A stretch of 64,000 nucleotides of DNA from an uncultured Chloroflexia bacterium (GCA_963731865.1 CAVSXG010000002.1:612057-676056), one strand, 5' to 3'; shown: positions 29,525 through 39,140, counted from the stretch's first letter. Notes: generated from the sequence alone by a model not told the origin. A program made the numbers and translations.

Positions 29525-32195
29525 CGAGACGCCAGCGGCACCGCGTGATCGAGCCAATCGAGCAGCCCGACGCGAGCATCCTGTCCCTTGGTCACAATGC
29601 CGAGGATTTTCCCATTGAGCCGGTACTTCTGCTCCGGGCTCAGGTCGTGACCGGTGCACACCACGATCGGCAGGCCCGCCGTGCGTTGGTTGTGCTTCAG
29701 TGCGGCGATGACCTCGAACCCATCCACGTCCGGCATCACCAGGTCGCAGACGACGAGATCGACGAGTTGGCCGTTCTCGGCCCACTCGAGTGCCTCCCGG
29801 CCACCCTGCGCGGTGACCACCACTACGCCTTCGGGCTCGAGTGCCCCGCGGATATAGGCGAGCGCGGCGGGCTCGTCGTCAACGACGAGCACCCGTTTGG
29901 CCACGCCGCGCACGTCGTCCGCCGCCACGAACCGCGCCAGACAGCCAAGCAGCGCCTCGCGATGGATCGGCTTGACCAGGTAATCGACGGCGCCGAGCGC
30001 CAGCCCGACCTCGCGTTCCTCGACGACCGTCACGATGACCACCGGCACGTCCTGGAGCTGTGCGTCCGCCTTTAGCCGCCGGAGGACTTCCCAACCGTCC
30101 ACGCCCGGCAGGAGGACATCCAGGACGATGGCCGCCGGACGCGAGGCCCTGGCAGCCGTGATCCCGGTCTCCCCCGTGGAGGCGACCCTGACCTGGTATC
30201 CCGCCCCCTCGAGATACTCGCGGAGCAATCGAACCGCACTCGGATCATCCTCGATGACCAGGATGTCGCCCGATACGGCAGGTGCGCCGTCGGCCGTTTC
30301 CAGACCGGGCAAGTGGGTCGTTCGATGGCCGCACCCTCGGCGTCCTGCGCCGGCAGGACGAGCGTGAACGTGCTGCCGTGACCACGCGCCGACTCCAGTT
30401 CGATCCTGCCACCGTGCGCCTCGGCCAGGCGTTTCGTCACCGCGAGCCCCAGTCCCGAGCCCGGCTGTCGCTCGGACGGGTCGCCAACCTGGCGGAATTC
30501 CTCGAAGACGCGCGGGTGATCCTCGGCCGCGATCCCGACGCCGGTGTCGGCAACGGCAATCCGAACCTCGCCACCGGCCATCGACGCCGTCACCCGGATG
30601 GACCCGCCATCGGGCGTGTACTTGATCGCGTTCGAGATCAGGTTGTAGAGGATCTGGCGGAACCGGCCGCGGTCCACGGCCACGTTGAACGAGCGTGCTT
30701 CCGCGTGGAATGCGAGGTTCTTGCGATCCGCCAGCGGGCGCAGGCCGTTGACCGCTTCGGTGACCGCGAGACCAACGTCGACGGGCTCCGGGCGGAGCTC
30801 CAGGCGGCCCGCTTCGACCCGGGCAAGATCGAGGACATCGTTGACCAGGGTCAGGAGGTGCTGTCCGCCACGCTGGATGTGGTCCACCCATTCGATCGGC
30901 ACCGATACGTTGTCGCCATCGCGTGGCTCCGTGGTCATCAGGTCGCTGAAGCCGATGATCGCCGACAACGGCGTCCTGAACTCGTGGCTCATCGATGCCA
31001 CGAAGTCGCTCTTCGCGGCGCTCGCCGATCGCAGCGCCTCGACGGTGGTCGCCAGGCGGTCGGCCAGTGCCTCCTGGTCCGCCATCACGGCACGCCGCTC
31101 GGCGACGATCGCCGTCTGCGCGCCAAGGGCCGCGAGCAGCTCGGCATCTGACGGGTGGAACAGGGCTCGGTGGGTGGACATCAGAATGAGGGCGCCGCGG
31201 TCGCCACTTCCCGGCAGCTCGACTGGGACAATCGAGACATACCGGGCGCCGGCCGCCTCGGCCAGAGCCTTGCGGATCGGACCAACCTCCGCGACCGGGA
31301 CGTCCCAGCGCGACCGGCCGGACTGCACGTTCTCGTCGAACTGCGACCACGTCATCGACTCGAGGTTCTCGGGCGCGGTCATGCCGGTGGTCGCGATCAG
31401 GGACACGGCTCCGGTACGCGGCCCAGTCAGCATCGCCGCGAAACCGCCCTGCATCCGAACGGCGACGTCCGTGAAGCCAGTCCAGATTCTGTCGATCGGG
31501 TCTCCTGAGCGCGCGATCAGCTCGCGCGTGTAGTCAACCGTCGTCCGCGCCTGCGCGATGCGACGAATCGGGCCGGGCGGGAGCAGTGCCAGCACATATC
31601 CGACGCCCGACAGGAGCGCGAGGACAGCAGCGGTAGCGCTCGAGACCGCGGTCGGAGCGGAGATGACGGCACCCACGGTCGCGACGACCAGGGCGAACGC
31701 GAAGACCCCGGTCGAGATCCCGGCCAGACCCATCCGGACCGCGACTGGACCCCTTCGGCGGACCGCTTCCAGGAGGAGGTAGATCGCCGCTGCCGCCTCA
31801 AAGACGACGAACCCGCCAACGACGACGATCGCGGCGATGGCCCTCGGCCCGACCACATCGATCGCGCCCGGCAGGACGACAGCCAGAGCGGTTCCTCCGA
31901 CGAGGATGATCGCGCTCGCCCAGAGCAATTGCCGAGGGACCGGGCGAAGCAGGGACACGAGATGCAGGACAAAGACCGGCTGCAACAGGAACAGTCCGCC
32001 CGCGATCGCCCGAAGGATGGGTGACGGCGACCCGACTGATCCTTTCCAGATCTCACCAACCAGGGCCGCTGCAAGGGGGCTGAACACCAACGCCAGGTCG
32101 CGGCTCACCGGGTCACGCTGTCGGGCGTACCTCCAGAGGGTCGCGAGGAACGGGACGAGGAAGAGTCCCTCCACGATGGCGGTCAGCCAGTTCAT
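29521..32195 (-). pseudogene. Hybrid sensor histidine kinase (membrane sensor, HisKA, HATPase_c, two receiver domains), 1-nt frameshift between kinase and receivers
   Basis: Polytopic N-terminus, SHEFRTPLSAI H-box, GLGLAVTKRLAEAHGGRIELES ATP-lid. Then, in another frame, two REC domains (DILVIEDDP...LDVLLPGVDG..., KRVLVVDDEP...DLVMPDVDG...). Junction at ~30315-30325 (gcccggtc). Confidence 0.7.
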
Positions 32196-32483
32196 GCGTC
32201 GTCCCCCACGATCAGTCGGGTGCGTGGGCGGCCGACTCGACGAGATCGAGGACTTGAGCCAATCAAAGGGACAGTCGCGTCATGCGACAGAAGGGGCTCT
32301 GTCATCACTAGCTCCATGACCGACGAAACCGTCGCCGGATTGACGGCCCCCAAGTCTCGGGCGCTCGAAGTGGTACCGGGATGGACTAAAAGGCTAGTTC
32401 CACCCCCGTACTTTGGTCCTACCGGAGACCTCGTTCGCTCGACTCTAGCACGCTGAATTCGGCCGTCTGTTCTGAGACGCCTC

Positions 32484-33095
32484 TCATCGCCAGCGGCCCT
32501 GGAGCGCCGAGGAGTGCCCGGACGGCAGCGCGAACCGGACGCTGATCCACGCCGGGGTGCCTTGCCGCCAGGAGAAGACGACGACACCATCCGGGCCGAT
32601 CGTGCGTGTCGTCAGGGTTGACCATCCAGTCCACGTCCCATTGAGCCGGGTCGCCACTTCCACGTCAACGACCGGGCCTGAACCGGCCACGTCCATCACG
32701 GCACGCCAGGAGATGTACTGCCCTCGAGGGACAACGGGCGTCGTCGCACCGTAGCTGCCGCCCTGGCCAGGGAGACCGGCCTTGACGCCCGGCTGCTCGA
32801 ACGTCACCGACCCGCTCGGCGCAGCGGTCGGCCCGTCGGTTGGCGCCGTCGACGGCTCCGCGGTCTGGATGGCGGCGGGGCTGGAGGCCGGGACGGTGCT
32901 GCCATGGGCAGATGGCCTGTCGGTCGGCTGCGCGATGGATCCAGTTTCATCCGGTGATCGAGAGGCGCGCTCGAAGGGCGTCGCCTCCAGGATGTCGAGG
33001 ATTGGCGACCCAGACAGGGCCGATGCCATCACGATCACCACGACCCCGGACACGGCCCCGATGAGCAGCGAGGTCCCGAGCTCTCGGCCAGTCAT
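32484..33095 (-). CDS. Hypothetical membrane-anchored protein with P/A/S-rich linker and a small C-terminal beta-rich domain
   Basis: ATG 33095 followed by TM helix LLIGAVSGVVVIVMASAL, then a low-complexity linker, then a ~90 aa domain. Confidence 0.45.
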   Translation of the reverse strand: MTGRELGTSLLIGAVSGVVVIVMASALSGSPILDILEATPFERASRSPDETGSIAQPTDRPSAHGSTVPASSPAAIQTAEPSTAPTDGPTAAPSGSVTFEQPGVKAGLPGQGGSYGATTPVVPRGQYISWRAVMDVAGSGPVVDVEVATRLNGTWTGWSTLTTRTIGPDGVVVFSWRQGTPAWISVRFALPSGHSSALQGRWR

Positions 33096-33209
33096 CGCCT
33101 GAAGCTTAGCGGTCCGACCGAGCCAGCCGAGACGATGGCGATCGAACGTTGAAGGGCCTAACGGACCCCAGCCCGGGATCGTTGTCCATGAAAAGGAAAC
33201 CCGATACCT

Positions 33210-33431
33210 GTGCTGTTCAACCTTCGCGACCGCCGCCTCTCCGAGCCTGATACGGACACGCCGTTCGATCACGAGCACTATGGCAAGTGGGTGCCCATGC
33301 CGCCCGTCGCCACAGCCGAGATCGAGCGTCACGGATGGATCCGTCATGCGGTCACCTATGCCTGCCCCAGTTGTGGGTACGAGCTGACCGAAAGCTTCCC
33401 GATCCGCGCCGTCGACCTCAAGACGGCGTAA
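33210..33431 (+). CDS. Small hypothetical protein with CPxCG zinc-ribbon-like motif
   Basis: 73 aa with YACPSCGYELTE. Divergent from the 32484-33095 gene. Confidence 0.3.
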   Translation: MLFNLRDRRLSEPDTDTPFDHEHYGKWVPMPPVATAEIERHGWIRHAVTYACPSCGYELTESFPIRAVDLKTA

Positions 33432-33612
33432 CCGCGTCGGCGGCCCGGGACGGGTTCGCAGCCTGGGCCACGGCGCCGACCTCCTCGTTCGGCCGGTATA
33501 GGACCTCGCCGACGTATGCGCTACAGTCGGACGTCAGGAGCGTCGACCAACGTCGCTTGCGGCCGTGCGACGACTCCCCGCATTTGGCTACCTTGGGAAC
33601 ATACGAGGAGAC

Positions 33613-35445
33613 ATGATTCGTTATCGGTTGGCAGCACGCGCTGTCATGGCGCTCACCGTCGCGGCGTTCCTGCTCGCGGGTCGCTTCGTTCCGGCGTCGG
33701 CCGTGCAGGTCCCACCGGACGGATCCGACGTCGTCCTCGTCCTCGACTTTTCCGCGTCCATCCTGAATGACGCCGCGAACCGGGAGCGCTTCGCCGATGC
33801 GCTTGACCGGATCGCCGACCGGATTGACGCGACGTCGTCGGACCTCGTGGCCGGCGACACCACGGTAACGCTGGTCCAGTTCGCGACGAGAGCGGCCGAC
33901 TACCCCAGCTGCGTTGAGCTCGGGCTGCTCGATAGCCCAGCGGTCGTCGCGCGCTTCGCCGACTGCCTCCGAGAAGCGGCCCTCGCGTACCGCAAGGGCC
34001 TCGACGCGGCGCTCACCACGAAAATCGGCGTCGACACGAACTACGTCGCGGCGATGACCGTGGCCGCTCGTCACCTTCCCGCGGACGCCGTGCGGCCAGC
34101 CATCATCCTCTTCACTGACGGAAAGCATGACGTCCAGGGGGTGCCGGTCGGGCAAGTGCTGCCGGCACGGGATCGGCTCTTCGGGGCTCGATCGCCCATT
34201 GCGTTGCTGCCTGTTGGCATGGGTCTCAGCCCCGCGGAGCGGCCAGCCCTTGAAAGCGGCCTCGTCAACCTTCGCTTGATCAAGGACATGCCCGCCTGCG
34301 GCAGCGGGAGTCAAATCGAGTGGCCACAGGTGGTCTTCGATTCTCCGGCCGACGCCGGAAACGCCGTGGCGGTCGCCCTTCAGAACGTCACGTGCACATT
34401 CACGGTGGCGCCAACGCCGACACCGACTCCGGAGCCGACGCCGACGCCGGAGCCGACGCCGGGCACGCCTCGCGCCATCGAGCTCTCACCAGGTGATGGC
34501 ACCATCGGCGTCACCTGGGTCGCTCCGCTCACGACGCTGGCGCCGATCGTCGACTACCGGATCCGCTGTCGATCGGGCGAAGGCGAATGGACGGAATCGA
34601 GCGAGGGCGCATCGCTCGCGACCTCCACCGTCGTCGAAGGACTCACCAATGGCGTCGCATACGAGTGCGAGGTCATGGTCGTTGACGAGACCGGGGAGGG
34701 GCCCTGGACCGCCGCACCGGCCGTCGCCACACCGGTCGGGCGCCCCGGGTCCCCCGGGAAGCCCGCTGTGCAAGCGCTGAACGGCGGCGTGCGGGTCGAG
34801 GTGCCGCCCACGGACCCGGCGCTCGTCTCCGACTACCGCTTTGAGTGCTCAGGTGACGATGGCCAGACCTGGCCCAACGGAATCGATGTCCCTGCGACCG
34901 GGGGTGCCGCCGCCGAGATCGGGAACCTCACGAACGGCGCGGCGTACGTCTGCCGAGCGTTCGCCGCCAACGCTGCCGGCATCAGCGACCCTTCGGCGGT
35001 GTCGGACCTGGTGCGACCCTGCGCCTCGCTTGTCGACTGCAACCCGATTCTCGCTCCGCTAGCGGGCGGTCTCGGGTTCGTGGCGTTCCTGGCTCTACTG
35101 GCGGTGATCGTGACGCTGTATCGGGACCGAACGCGCGGGTATGTGGTGGCCGTCGTGGACGTGGTGCACACGGCGAACCTTGGCTACGGCTCGAAGCTCG
35201 GGCTCCGCTTCGTGCGGGACCAGCCTCGCGGTTCCGTGACCGGTATCGCCTCCGACCGGAGCAGACGTGCGGAACTTCGCATCCGCCATCGTGGTGGGGA
35301 TCAATTCGAAGTGACCGATCGAATGGGCAAATACATGACCGCGTCTGGGCAGCCAGTGGTGATCGTCGATCCCCTTGGTGATCGCCACCAGGTGATCCTG
35401 CGGCGATTCCGTGGAGTCACGGCATCGGCCATGGACGTCCGCTAA
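33613..35445 (+). CDS. Membrane protein with extracellular von Willebrand factor A domain, two fibronectin type III domains, one TM helix and a cytoplasmic C-terminal domain
   Basis: Signal peptide, VWA MIDAS motif VVLVLDFSASI, TPTPTPEPTPTPEPTP linker, two FN3-like repeats (each containing YECE / YVCRAF), TM LAPLAGGLGFVAFLALLAVIVTLY, and a ~110 aa cytoplasmic tail with a possible degenerate FHA-like pattern. Confidence 0.75.
   Translation: MIRYRLAARAVMALTVAAFLLAGRFVPASAVQVPPDGSDVVLVLDFSASILNDAANRERFADALDRIADRIDATSSDLVAGDTTVTLVQFATRAADYPSCVELGLLDSPAVVARFADCLREAALAYRKGLDAALTTKIGVDTNYVAAMTVAARHLPADAVRPAIILFTDGKHDVQGVPVGQVLPARDRLFGARSPIALLPVGMGLSPAERPALESGLVNLRLIKDMPACGSGSQIEWPQVVFDSPADAGNAVAVALQNVTCTFTVAPTPTPTPEPTPTPEPTPGTPRAIELSPGDGTIGVTWVAPLTTLAPIVDYRIRCRSGEGEWTESSEGASLATSTVVEGLTNGVAYECEVMVVDETGEGPWTAAPAVATPVGRPGSPGKPAVQALNGGVRVEVPPTDPALVSDYRFECSGDDGQTWPNGIDVPATGGAAAEIGNLTNGAAYVCRAFAANAAGISDPSAVSDLVRPCASLVDCNPILAPLAGGLGFVAFLALLAVIVTLYRDRTRGYVVAVVDVVHTANLGYGSKLGLRFVRDQPRGSVTGIASDRSRRAELRIRHRGGDQFEVTDRMGKYMTASGQPVVIVDPLGDRHQVILRRFRGVTASAMDVR
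34411..34464 (+). repeat. In-frame tandem codon repeat encoding the (T/E)P linker of the VWA protein
   Basis: Unit ccgacNccgacNccggagccgacg is present twice (~24 nt and 18 nt). Confidence 0.5.
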
Positions 35446-35598
35446 CCCGGCCGACAAGATCGGCGACGGCCCCGCCCGTCCGTCGCGGCCCACGTCAGTC
35501 CGCAGGGGCACCTACGAAGTGGCGTGCAACGCAACAACGGACGAACGAGGCCAAACGGGAAACGGTGTGGACACCCTGCCGTTATGGCCTCACGGAAA

Positions 35599-35628
35599 AA
35601 CGCCCGGAGAGACCCCGCTCCGGGCGTT
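35599..35628. terminator. Bidirectional rho-independent-like terminator between convergent genes
   Basis: ggaaaaACGCCCGGAGagaccccgCTCCGGGCGTtcgtttgg: a perfect 10-bp GC-rich stem with an A-tract on one side and a T-rich tract on the other. Confidence 0.5.
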
Positions 35629-35742
35629 CGTTTGGCTGGACGAGGGGGTGCCCCTCCGCGTCCGAGGTGGACACTAGATCGTTGCCTGGCGCGGGCGCAC
35701 TAGGTCAGTTGCCGTATTCGACAGGCTGGACGGTCGCTGGTC

Positions 35743-35928
35743 CTAGCGCTTGTTGGTCGGCCGCATGATTTCGTACCTGGCGAGGACCTGGAAGAAGAGT
35801 GGCGCGCCGATCGTCAAGGCCATGATGAGCTGCCTCACCACCTCGCCTCCGAAGGGTGGGTTGAAGGCGAGGGCGATAGAGCCCGGAAAAACGATGCCAC
35901 CGCGTAGAAGGCAAAGCGCGACGTTCAT
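35743..35928 (-). CDS. Small two-TM hypothetical protein
   Basis: 61 aa MNVALCLLRGGIVFPGSIALAF...LIMALTIGAPLFFQVLA. Weak. Confidence 0.3.
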   Translation of the reverse strand: MNVALCLLRGGIVFPGSIALAFNPPFGGEVVRQLIMALTIGAPLFFQVLARYEIMRPTNKR

Positions 35929-36096
35929 CCGGTCATCGTCCGGCCCCACGCCGCCCGATCGTCGACCTGGGCTGTCCACATCGCCCCTTACGAACGGGGC
36001 CGGCATCGGTGACCATGGGATGCCCGACAAGTCGACGCGGTCCATCCATCGTCATGCGTGCCGGGGAAGCTTGACCGTTCACGCCGTTGGTGGCCC

Positions 36097-36612
36097 ATGT
36101 CGCGTTCGTCCGACCCGTATCGAGTGCTCCAGGTTCACCGTGATGCCAAGCGTCACGAGATCCGGGCTGCTTATCGGACGCTCGCCTGGCAGTGGCACCC
36201 CGATCACGGGGGAGCCCCGGGACAGATGATCGAGATCAACGAGGCATGGCGGATCCTCGGACATGAGGACCGACGCGCGGCCTACGATGCCGCGGCCCGA
36301 AGGCCTGCGGTCGCCGTGCCTCAGCCGGCGCGGCCAGAACCAGTGGCGGCGCCCGAGGCTGAGCGCCCACCCCGAGCTGCCCGGGAGCCGGGCGTCATCG
36401 ATTACGGGCGCTATGCCGGTTGGTCCATCGACGAGCTTGCCCAGCACGATCCCGACTATCTCCAGTGGTTGGTGCGCATGCCCGCCGGCCGCCAATACGC
36501 CACCCAGATCCGCGCGATCTTCGATCGGCGCGAGCAGCAGCGAGCCGAGCGTGTGCCAAAGCCTGCACGTCGTCGTGGCATGTTCGGCCTGCGGACGGCC
36601 GCGGCACGCTAG
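36097..36612 (+). CDS. J-domain (DnaJ-like) protein
   Basis: DPYRVLQVHRDAKRHEIRAAYRTLAWQWHPDHGG with the HPD tripeptide. C-terminal ~100 aa is an uncharacterised domain. Confidence 0.7.
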   Translation: MSRSSDPYRVLQVHRDAKRHEIRAAYRTLAWQWHPDHGGAPGQMIEINEAWRILGHEDRRAAYDAAARRPAVAVPQPARPEPVAAPEAERPPRAAREPGVIDYGRYAGWSIDELAQHDPDYLQWLVRMPAGRQYATQIRAIFDRREQQRAERVPKPARRRGMFGLRTAAAR

Positions 36613-36773
36613 CGGACCTCTAACGAGAAGGGACGATCCCCGTTCTCCGCTGCAGAAGAGCGTTCATCAGCCTGTGCGTTCTGTTCCCCCGGCGGTTGTG
36701 CACAGGTGAGCGGAGGTTCTCTTTGTGTCCGGGACGCGATCGTGCGCCAAAGCGCAATCAACACGTGGCACCC

Positions 36774-36798
36774 GGCGGCGGGCAGAAGCCCGCCGCCA
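36774..36798. terminator. GC-rich hairpin immediately downstream of the 36817 stop (possible terminator)
   Basis: GGCGGCGGGCagaaGCCCGCCGCC: perfect 10-bp stem with a 4-nt loop. No clear U-tract. Confidence 0.35.
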
Positions 36799-36816
36799 CG
36801 ATGCGTGAGAACCGCG

Positions 36817-37587
36817 CTACGGCACCCGGCTCACGTTAACGTCGTCGAAGTTCACCATTTGCGCGGGGCAAATGCCACCGCAGTTCCAGCCCGGGACCAT
36901 CTGGGCCGAATGCGTACCGGCGGCCATGGTCGCCTGACCTTGCAGGAACGTCCATACACCCGTTGTCACGGGCGGCGGCGTCGCGACTGAATCGTTTCTC
37001 GCGAAGATGCCGCAGGCGCCGTCCGAGTACTCAACGAGGAGCACGTCTACAAACGCGATCCCTGCGGACGTTGTCCGATACCAACCGTTCACGTTGTAGG
37101 TCGTGGACGGCGAGACCGCAAAGCAGCCTGAGGCCGCTCGGGGCGCGGTGCTGTTCGAAGTGGTGGCAGCAAGACTGGCTGGGGCAGAACGGAAATTCAC
37201 CGTGTCGCGGCTGACCGTCGAGCCGATTCCGAACCAGTTACAAGGGACGCCCAGGCAGTTGTCCGTGGCGCTCGGGTTCGGCACCAGGTTTGGCTGCGGA
37301 GTTGGCGTTGGCGTTGGAGTCGGAGTTGGAGTTGGAGTCGCCGACCGAGTAGCCGCGCATTGACTGGCACTGACGCCGATCTGGTCACCGTGCGCCCGGT
37401 GCGCGCGCACTGCCTGCGGTGCGACCGAGATGAAGACCCACGGATTGGACGCGCTGTGCGTCCGGTGGCAGACGCCGACCTTGGCGCCTTTCGCAACGAC
37501 TGGCACGGCGACCGCGATGAGCAGCGCTGCCACTGCCAAGGTCGTGACGGCGATCCTCGCGCCTCGCCGGAATCGCTTTGGAACCAT
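36817..37587 (-). CDS. Secreted protein with TP-repeat linker and C-terminal carbohydrate-binding-module-like domain
   Basis: Signal peptide MVPKRFRRGARIAVTTLAVAALLIAVAVPVVA, ATPTPTPTPTPTPTPQP linker, and a Cys-containing beta-rich C-terminal domain reminiscent of CBM4/9. Confidence 0.5.
   Translation of the reverse strand: MVPKRFRRGARIAVTTLAVAALLIAVAVPVVAKGAKVGVCHRTHSASNPWVFISVAPQAVRAHRAHGDQIGVSASQCAATRSATPTPTPTPTPTPTPQPNLVPNPSATDNCLGVPCNWFGIGSTVSRDTVNFRSAPASLAATTSNSTAPRAASGCFAVSPSTTYNVNGWYRTTSAGIAFVDVLLVEYSDGACGIFARNDSVATPPPVTTGVWTFLQGQATMAAGTHSAQMVPGWNCGGICPAQMVNFDDVNVSRVP
37298..37342 (-). repeat. Hexanucleotide tandem repeat (GGAGTT/GGCGTT)n encoding the (TP)n linker
   Basis: ggagttggcgttggcgttggagtcggagttggagttggagtc, 7-8 units. 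Confidence 0.5.
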
Positions 37588-37698
37588 GGCAGCCCCTCCT
37601 ACTGGCCCGGCGGAACACCCATTGTGCTCGCGGACGAAAGGTTCGCGCAAGACTGATTCAGGCCGGCGTCCCAGGACGACGGCGCTGGCTGGATGCGC

Positions 37699-37929
37699 CT
37701 ACAACGAGCCGGCGAACGGCGACGGCAGCTCAGCTCCGAGGACCACCAGCGCAATCACGGCCAGGATGATGAGGCTGATGATCCCGACCGCCAGCAAGCC
37801 TGGGTTGATGCCACGCGACTGCCTGACTGCCGGGATGATTACGGCTTCGACGAAGTCGTAGCCGCAGTTGGCACAGGCAGGACCAGTCCGCTGGGCACCG
37901 CACGTTGGGCAGTACAGCCGGTCGTTCAT
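37699..37929 (-). CDS. Small membrane protein with N-terminal zinc ribbon
   Basis: MNDRLYCPTCG...CANCGYDF followed by a TM helix LLAVGIISLIILAVIALVVL. Confidence 0.45.
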   Translation of the reverse strand: MNDRLYCPTCGAQRTGPACANCGYDFVEAVIIPAVRQSRGINPGLLAVGIISLIILAVIALVVLGAELPSPFAGSL

Positions 37930-38265
37930 GGCAACGCTCCAGGCTCCCGTCCCTTCAATCCGAGGCATGGCGCGACCCCCGTCGACCACCATCGCGGCAC
38001 GCCCAAGAGCTAGATGCGTGATCACGACGATCGTGCCGGCCGGGGGCCACCCACGCCAGTAGCGAAGAACGATCGCTACCGGTCGACTAGCGAAGGACGC
38101 TTAGCTGCGACCTCTTGAAATGGCTGCTCGAGGTTCCGGTAGGCTATCAACGCGTGTCGGCCGGGTCGCAGTGATCGCGATCCGCAACGCCGTTTCGACG
38201 CGCTCAGGGGTACCAAACACATCCCGGGTACCTCACGAGCGGCATCCTTTGCGGCGGAGAGTCGG

Positions 38266-38655
38266 ATGCAGCGTCGGGAAGAACAGCGCCGAGAGCGGGT
38301 TCAATGGGTGTTATGCCTCACGGCCGTGGCGCAATTGGTCGAGCAATTGCCCGCGTTGTACCGCGTCGTCGAGGCTGGCGAAGACGACGTCCGCGTCGAG
38401 CTCCACATGAAGTCATCCGCCTGGGAGATTCTTCAGCTCGGGCCAGCCGATCAGGACCATGTGGCCGTGACACTGAGCAGCCACTTGGATAACCCGCCCG
38501 CATTGCCGTTCGAACCGTGGATGACCGAGGGAATCGAAGCCCTCAAGGCCGATCTCCAGTGGGCGGCCCTGCAACCGTGTTCAGAGCAGGCGAGCGAACT
38601 GCTCTCGGCTCTGGCCCGAATCCGCGGGACGATGCTGCACGGCAACCTGTATTGA
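38266..38655 (+). CDS. Hypothetical protein (atypical codon usage)
   Basis: 129 aa, non-repetitive, GC3 high but uses TTA/TTG/CAA codons that are rare elsewhere in the window. Confidence 0.35.
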   Translation: MQRREEQRRERVQWVLCLTAVAQLVEQLPALYRVVEAGEDDVRVELHMKSSAWEILQLGPADQDHVAVTLSSHLDNPPALPFEPWMTEGIEALKADLQWAALQPCSEQASELLSALARIRGTMLHGNLY

Positions 38656-38942
38656 CGGCGGGCCGTGTGAGCCGCGGCCGCAGACGTGGAACGACCCCGG
38701 CGGCAGCCGCCTCGCTCTGTCGGTGCAGCTAGAGCGATGCACGTGCGGCTTCGCCGGGGCCGAGGCTCGGACGGGGCGCAGGACTCTCAGCACCGTATGG
38801 CCCAGGGACGCACAGCGGGAGGCCCAAAAGGACCAATTCCCGGGGGCCAATCGGGGACAAAACGGCACCAGCGGCGCGTCGGGTGGCGCCGCGAGGCAGG
38901 GGCGCGACGGCGGACCGGAGATGGCGGCCGTCGCTGCGTGTG

Positions 38943-39140
38943 TCAGGCCGGCTCTTGCAGCGGTGTCGCTCCGCCTTGGTAGGCCTCGGAGGCGGTCAGC
39001 CGCTGGTACTCGTCACGAAGTCGGGCGACCTCGGCGCGAAGCTCCTCGACTTCTGATGACCCGGGGCGGACGCTCGCAAGCTGGCGCTCCACGTCGCGCC
39101 ATCGCTCAAGGACCAGGGCCGCTTCGGAGTGGTGGGGCAT
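38943..39140 (-). CDS. Small hypothetical coiled-coil protein
   Basis: 65 aa from ATG 39140 (MPHHSEAALVLERWRDVERQLAS...). Weak. Confidence 0.25.
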   Translation of the reverse strand: MPHHSEAALVLERWRDVERQLASVRPGSSEVEELRAEVARLRDEYQRLTASEAYQGGATPLQEPA

